Shown here: one piece after another, positions 50,632 through 55,238 of the stretch
Numbering within the stretch: position 1 is the stretch's first letter
Layout of the letters: every line of letters starts with the position of its first letter
Source of the DNA: Thiotrichales bacterium
GTDB taxonomy: Bacteria; Pseudomonadota; Gammaproteobacteria; GCF-002020875
Reading direction: 5' to 3'
Assembly: GCA_018658305.1 (NCBI GenBank)
Contig: JABHVM010000030.1
Location: 1-55,238 of the forward strand
Length of the DNA: 55,238 nt
The notes under the pieces: model-generated
The model's database searches: none
Told to the model about the DNA's origin: nothing
Seen by the model: the letters and a program-made list of their open reading frames with translations, nothing else
Program-made: the position numbers and the translations under genes

Positions 50632-50660
50632 ATTTAATCATAAACGATAACGATTGTCAA
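50632..50660 (-). promoter_or_regulatory. Sigma70 promoter overlapped by a Fur-like box
   Basis: Minus strand TTGACA-N17-TTAAAT; plus strand CGATAAC-G-ATTGTCA matches 11/14 of TGATAAT-N-ATTATCA. Confidence 0.5.
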
Positions 50661-50754
50661 CACTATTTACACCCTCCCTCTTAAACTCAGCAGCGCAAGG
50701 ATAATCACGCTTACGAGCTGTAGATCATATACCGCTCCCTCTTAATCATGTATC

Positions 50755-51669
50755 ATGCATATTATGGATAGATTAAAATTAATATTAATTACACTTAACT
50801 CACTTGCTTTATGGGTCATCTCACTCTCTGTAAGTTATGCTCTACCGCCATCTGTAGTGGTATCAAGCAAACCATTCCACTCTCTAGTTGCTGGGGTTAT
50901 GAGTGGGATAGCAGAACCAAAGCTAATTGTTGATGGACTCTACTCTCCCCACAACTACACTCTTAAACCTAAAAATGCAGTAGAGATACAGAGTGCAGAT
51001 TTGATCTTTTGGGGAGGAAGAGAGATTGAGCCATTCTTGATAAGATCCCTTCAAAACTTATCCAAGACAACTACTATATCTATAAGTGAGCTTGATAACC
51101 TAGAGAAGCTACCACTACGCAACATAAAACAACATCAGCATCATACCGAAAGCGGTATTGATCCGCACCTCTGGCTTGACCCTATTAATGCTATTCACAT
51201 TATTAAGGGGACAGTAACAGAGTTAAGCAGTATAGATCCCGATAACAGTTCACTCTATCAACGCAATGGCAAAGATATAATAGTTAAACTAGAGCTCCTC
51301 CATACACAGTTAACAGGTATGAGTGAAGAGATTAGAGACATCCCATTTATGGTGTACCATGATAGCTACCAATATTTTGAACACCGCTATCAATTAAAGT
51401 CTCTTGGAGTAATGGTGCAAAATATAAACCATGCATCAAGTGCTGGTAGATTAGCTTTGATACGCAAACAACTCGTAAAGAATAAAGTTCGTTGTCTCTT
51501 TAGCGAACCACAATTTTCAGACCGCCTCGTAAAAGTTGCAACTGATGGAATTACAACACAAATAGGCTCATTAGATCCTATTGGTGCTAGACTTATTCCT
51601 GGACCAGAACTATACTTTAACTTAATGGATAATCTTATTAATAACTTGAGCAGCTGCCTAAAAAAGTAG
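50755..51669 (+). CDS. znuA: Zinc ABC transporter substrate-binding protein
   Basis: SPHNYTLKP, DPHLWLDP, HDSYQYFE, FSEPQF, LDPIG; divergent from znuCB. Confidence 0.92.
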   Translation: MHIMDRLKLILITLNSLALWVISLSVSYALPPSVVVSSKPFHSLVAGVMSGIAEPKLIVDGLYSPHNYTLKPKNAVEIQSADLIFWGGREIEPFLIRSLQNLSKTTTISISELDNLEKLPLRNIKQHQHHTESGIDPHLWLDPINAIHIIKGTVTELSSIDPDNSSLYQRNGKDIIVKLELLHTQLTGMSEEIRDIPFMVYHDSYQYFEHRYQLKSLGVMVQNINHASSAGRLALIRKQLVKNKVRCLFSEPQFSDRLVKVATDGITTQIGSLDPIGARLIPGPELYFNLMDNLINNLSSCLKK

Positions 51670-51691
51670 ACAAAGAGTTGACGCTTTAATC

Positions 51692-51707
51692 TGGCACGAG
51701 GATTGCA
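51692..51707 (+). promoter_or_regulatory. Sigma54 promoter of the orphan-flgP-flgT operon
   Basis: TGGCAC-GAGGA-TTGCA, a perfect -24/-12 consensus. Confidence 0.8.
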
Positions 51708-51716
51708 TCTACGCCT

Positions 51717-51793
51717 TACATAGATACACTTTGCATAGATATAGTGTGCATGGATATAATTCGTATAGATATAGATTTTGCATAGATGCAAAT
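51717..51793. repeat. Five degenerate ~15-bp tandem repeats (consensus about TGCATAGATATAnt)
   Basis: tacatagatacactt, tgcatagatatagtg, tgcatggatataatt, cgtatagatatagat, tgcatagatgcaaat. Confidence 0.7.
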
Positions 51794-51819
51794 ATTTAAT
51801 CTCAATAGAGGATAAAGAT

Positions 51820-52473
51820 ATGGCTGATGAAGATAAGAAGGAAGATGAGGCAGGAGAAGAGAAAGAGTCTGGTGGCAGTATGCTGCCTCTCATCATAGGT
51901 GGAGTATCTCTACTACTGAATATTGCTATTTTAGTCTATCTTATTCTATTTCCATCTGGCGGTGGCAATGGTGAGGTGATCGCCAAAATGGCAACTGACA
52001 TAACAGCAATTAGTGAGGAGACTCTTCCTGCAGTAGATGAAAAAATATCTGCTCTAGCTGTCCTTATTCCTGAAGACTCTTCAGATAATGAAGAGGAGGA
52101 AGATTGCGAAGATGGTGAAGAGTGTGAAGAATATGAAGAGGATGAAGATGACGGCGATTACTCTACAGCTGACTCATCTTCCGATGGATCACCTCAGCTC
52201 ACAGAGCTCACTATGATGATGACAGATACACAGTTAATTATGCGCCAGCTAGCAGAGAATCTAAATACCGATACAGCCTCAATCAAGCGCTCTATTGGTG
52301 GAGCAGCTAAAGCTGGAAAACAGGTCCGCAATTTAAGAGCAGATCTAAAACGGATAGAGAAGAAAATTAACGAGCTACTGGGTGACACTCCTGACGGCAA
52401 AAAGCGGAAAAAAGGCGGTCGTATTACCCATAACATATATGATTATGAGAGTGGTGGAATAACTTTCCCTTAA
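51820..52473 (+). CDS. Hypothetical acidic single-TM coiled-coil protein
   Basis: GAGG RBS before MADEDKKE, TM helix, Asp/Glu tract, C-terminal ITFP. Confidence 0.75.
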   Translation: MADEDKKEDEAGEEKESGGSMLPLIIGGVSLLLNIAILVYLILFPSGGGNGEVIAKMATDITAISEETLPAVDEKISALAVLIPEDSSDNEEEEDCEDGEECEEYEEDEDDGDYSTADSSSDGSPQLTELTMMMTDTQLIMRQLAENLNTDTASIKRSIGGAAKAGKQVRNLRADLKRIEKKINELLGDTPDGKKRKKGGRITHNIYDYESGGITFP

Positions 52474-52500
52474 ACTAATAGATGATATCTGATCTATATT

Positions 52501-52530
52501 CTGTATAAATATTTACTGTATAAATATTTA
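52501..52530. repeat. Perfect 15-bp tandem duplication
   Basis: CTGTATAAATATTTA x2. Confidence 0.8.
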
Positions 52531-52590
52531 TAATATGTAATTTTGTATTTTTTTAAACTTGTAACTTATTTGTAACTTAGGAGAGATAAG

Positions 52591-53028
52591 ATGAAATTTA
52601 AACATAAAACCTTAACTGCACTAGCCCCTGCTCTACTAGCAGCTTGGGGAGTAACTGCCGCAACCAATAGCTATGCTGAAGAGTACGCACCACCACCATC
52701 CCCAACTCGCATCTCTGCAATTGGATATGGTGCAGAGAGTACTTTTGAAGGGTACTCAGATGGACAGCGCATGCTAACCTCAATTCGTGCCTCCAAGATG
52801 GATGCCTATCGAGCACTCTCAGAGCAACTCTATGGAGTTCGCATCAACGGTCAAACCACAGTATCATCTATGGTCGCCAAAAATGATAACTTCAGAGTGT
52901 ATGTGGATGCATTTCTACGCGGCGCGGAGATTATCAGCATCAACCCTATTGGTAGTGGAAACTATGAGACGATAATCGAAATTGAGATCGACAACAAGTT
53001 CTTCACTCTTGCCAATAGCTACGAATAG
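52591..53028 (+). CDS. flgP: FlgP/LPP20-family flagellar motor accessory protein
   Basis: SAIGYG, RASKMDAYRALSEQLYGVRI, VDAFLRGA. Confidence 0.8.
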   Translation: MKFKHKTLTALAPALLAAWGVTAATNSYAEEYAPPPSPTRISAIGYGAESTFEGYSDGQRMLTSIRASKMDAYRALSEQLYGVRINGQTTVSSMVAKNDNFRVYVDAFLRGAEIISINPIGSGNYETIIEIEIDNKFFTLANSYE

Positions 53029-53053
53029 CACACTGCTGATAGATTCAAGATAG

Positions 53054-54205
53054 ATGTTAAGGTCGCTACTAAAGGGTACTCTGCTACTTCTACTCTCTAC
53101 TACAGTAGAGGCTCAATTCCTTACCTCCGAGGGTGAAGCTATAGTTCGTCATAACGATACCTCAACTGCTAGATATATGGCAATTGTGGAAGCTATGAAC
53201 CAAGCTAGCTTAGAGAATGGGGCAGAGATTACCTCTGATACCATCATGCACAATTTGGCTATTCATTCTGATACAGTGCGTATCCGTACCAAAGGACGAG
53301 TTGGTGACGTTCATGTTCTACAGGAGTGGCAAGAAGATAATATCTATCATGTACGCATCTCTGCAGAGATCAGTGATGCTGCTCTTAGCTGCAACTCTCC
53401 TACTGCATTAGTACATAATAAGCGCATTGTAGTTACTCAATTTATAAATCTAGCCACTAACGATAGTAGCGACCTAAGAGATGTAGAGAGCGGTTTGGCT
53501 ACTATGATGGTGCGCTCTATAAACAATAGTTCCAACAAAATTAAAGCAACCCCAATGACTCAATATGCAATTCAGGGAGAAGGGTATGCAGAACGTGCTG
53601 CTCAGGTGCAGCAGTTAGCTCGCCAGAGTGGAGCTCAATTTATTCTAAGCGGATCACTCAACCAAGCCTCCAGAGATAGTGTAGGAGACTTAGCTGAAAG
53701 TGGATTAATGAAAGAGCTCTCCAATTTTATTGGAGTAGTACAAGAACAGTATAGCCCTAGACACTTAGAGGTTGAGACCACACTGTATGATGGCGAGAGC
53801 GGAGAAGTTATAGCTAACCAACAAGATGGCATTACAGTCTCTGGAAAAGTATATGTGGGTAGAGATAGCAAAGTTGGAAGCCACTCATTTATAGCAACCA
53901 CTACTGGAAGCGCACTACAGAAGCTAATAGATTCACAAAGTAGAACTTTAACTAACGAATTAGCTTGCCTTCCAATGACCACAACTATTAGCTCAATCAA
54001 AGACAATACTATAACTCTCCCTGTTGGGCGTAATGGTGGCATTCATGCTGGTGATAGATTAGTAATTGTAGAACAGAATAGCCCGCTTACTATATTAGGA
54101 ATACTCCAGATCACCCAAGTATCTGCAACCCGCTCATCTGGAATGACTGATATTGACCCATCTATACTAGGAATAACAAAATCAGACCTAGTCCGTTCTT
54201 GGTAA
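53054..54205 (+). CDS. flgT: Flagellar assembly protein T-like
   Basis: EGEAIV...ARYMAI N-terminal domain, GAQFILSG, LYDGESG, paired Cys, GGIHAGDRL; next to flgP. Confidence 0.72.
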   Translation: MLRSLLKGTLLLLLSTTVEAQFLTSEGEAIVRHNDTSTARYMAIVEAMNQASLENGAEITSDTIMHNLAIHSDTVRIRTKGRVGDVHVLQEWQEDNIYHVRISAEISDAALSCNSPTALVHNKRIVVTQFINLATNDSSDLRDVESGLATMMVRSINNSSNKIKATPMTQYAIQGEGYAERAAQVQQLARQSGAQFILSGSLNQASRDSVGDLAESGLMKELSNFIGVVQEQYSPRHLEVETTLYDGESGEVIANQQDGITVSGKVYVGRDSKVGSHSFIATTTGSALQKLIDSQSRTLTNELACLPMTTTISSIKDNTITLPVGRNGGIHAGDRLVIVEQNSPLTILGILQITQVSATRSSGMTDIDPSILGITKSDLVRSW

Positions 54206-54277
54206 ACATTACTCAACTTTAGTGATTATTATTAGGTGTCGCCTGAAACAGCTAGAGTTATTTGATACAATATACCG

Positions 54278-55126
54278 ATGAAATGGATCGGAGCACATGT
54301 AAGCGCAGCTGGTGGAGTTCAGAACACCCCAGATAATGCAAATAAAATTGGAGCGCAAGCTTTTGCCCTCTTCACCAAAAATCAGCGTCAGTGGAAAGCT
54401 AAAGATCTAACTAGCGAGCAGATTGATGGTTTCCATAAAGCAATGGAGAGCTACGGATACACTCCAAACCAAGTACTCCCCCACGATAGCTACCTAATAA
54501 ACTTAGGTCACCCAGAGGATGAGCTGCGTAGCAAATCACTCAACGCATTTATTGATGAACTTGAACGCTGCGATCAGCTTGAACTAAACTTACTTAACTT
54601 CCACCCAGGAAGTCATCTGCGCAAGATATCAGAAGATGAGTGTTTAGATCGAATCGCTGACTCTATAAACAGGGCGCTAGATGCAACAAAAAATGTAGTT
54701 GCAGTGATAGAGAATACTGCTGGACAAGGATCTAATCTTGGATACCGCTTCGAACATCTCGCCCATATCATAGACAAAATTGAAGATAAATCTAGAGTTG
54801 GGGTCTGCATAGATACCTGCCACACCTTCGCGTCTGGCTATGATCTACGCACAGAAGATGATTACCATAAAACTATGGGGCAATTCGAAGAGATCGTCGG
54901 CTTTAACTATCTGCGAGGAATGCACCTCAACGACTGTAAATCTGATTTTGCTAGCCGAGTAGACCGCCATCAAAGCATTGGTAAGGGCACTATTGGTGAT
55001 GGTCTATTCAAGATGATTATGAATGATAAGAGAATTGATAATATACCGATGGTGTTAGAGACTATCAACAGCGATATATGGGATCAAGAGATTGCCCTAC
55101 TCTACAGTATGATTAAAGACGATTAA
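54278..55126 (+). CDS. nfo: Endonuclease IV
   Basis: [37 protein letters not shown]. Confidence 0.97.
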   Translation: MKWIGAHVSAAGGVQNTPDNANKIGAQAFALFTKNQRQWKAKDLTSEQIDGFHKAMESYGYTPNQVLPHDSYLINLGHPEDELRSKSLNAFIDELERCDQLELNLLNFHPGSHLRKISEDECLDRIADSINRALDATKNVVAVIENTAGQGSNLGYRFEHLAHIIDKIEDKSRVGVCIDTCHTFASGYDLRTEDDYHKTMGQFEEIVGFNYLRGMHLNDCKSDFASRVDRHQSIGKGTIGDGLFKMIMNDKRIDNIPMVLETINSDIWDQEIALLYSMIKDD

Positions 55127-55132
55127 CTATCT

Positions 55133-55238
55133 TCAAGCGTAACCATCTATATGGTTATTGGTATCCACCTGAAACTGCTCCTCTGCTGGACCCTCATTCT
55201 CCCCACCATCATCTTTACTTTGCTTGACTGACTCTATA
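55133..55238 (-). CDS. 3' end of a hypothetical protein (runs off window end)
   Basis: Open frame ...ENEGPAEEQFQVDTNNHIDGYA* converging on nfo. Confidence 0.5.
   Translation of the reverse strand, partial: IESVKQSKDDGGENEGPAEEQFQVDTNNHIDGYA

Noticed and set aside
51717-51793. Possible CRISPR array
   Set aside because: Units are about 15 bp, degenerate and contiguous, with no unique spacers; no cas genes are in the window.
51390-51896. 168-aa minus-strand ORF
   Set aside because: It overlaps znuA and the acidic orphan antisense and crosses a promoter and repeat region.
52501-52530. Possible LexA box (CTGTATAAATAT...)
   Set aside because: It lacks the ACAG right half and is explained by a tandem duplication.

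Overview
Chromosomal segment of an AT-rich (roughly 40% GC by eye), motile sulfur-oxidizing gammaproteobacterium. It starts with a housekeeping block (leuCD-leuB-asd-fimV-like-truA-trpF-trpB), followed by CDF and TRAP transporters. A large energy-metabolism region holds sat-aprMBA, a lone iscU, a NarX/NarL-type two-component pair, an octaheme HAO-family cytochrome, a split nap cluster (napF-napH divergent from moaA-napA-napB-napD-napG, no napC in the window), sucCD, SCO, an rnfCDGEA operon and mdh. The rest is scattered flagellar genes (flgBC, fliK-like, flhB-like, flgP, flgT), znuABC and nfo. Best leads: (i) a probable Nap plus reductive-HAO nitrate-ammonification module next to the sulfite-oxidation genes; (ii) an Rnf operon with a 63-aa membrane-anchored Cys mini-protein where rnfB would sit; (iii) two acidic single-TM orphan proteins, each heading a sigma54 flagellar operon; (iv) a candidate Fur-regulated sRNA between znuC and znuA; (v) a three-copy palindromic MITE-like repeat, one copy of which supplies the C-terminus of SucD and carries a nested REP-like hairpin; (vi) a 53-aa ORF missed by the ORF track, with its own promoter, structured leader and terminator. 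All calls come from reading motifs; no database searches were run.
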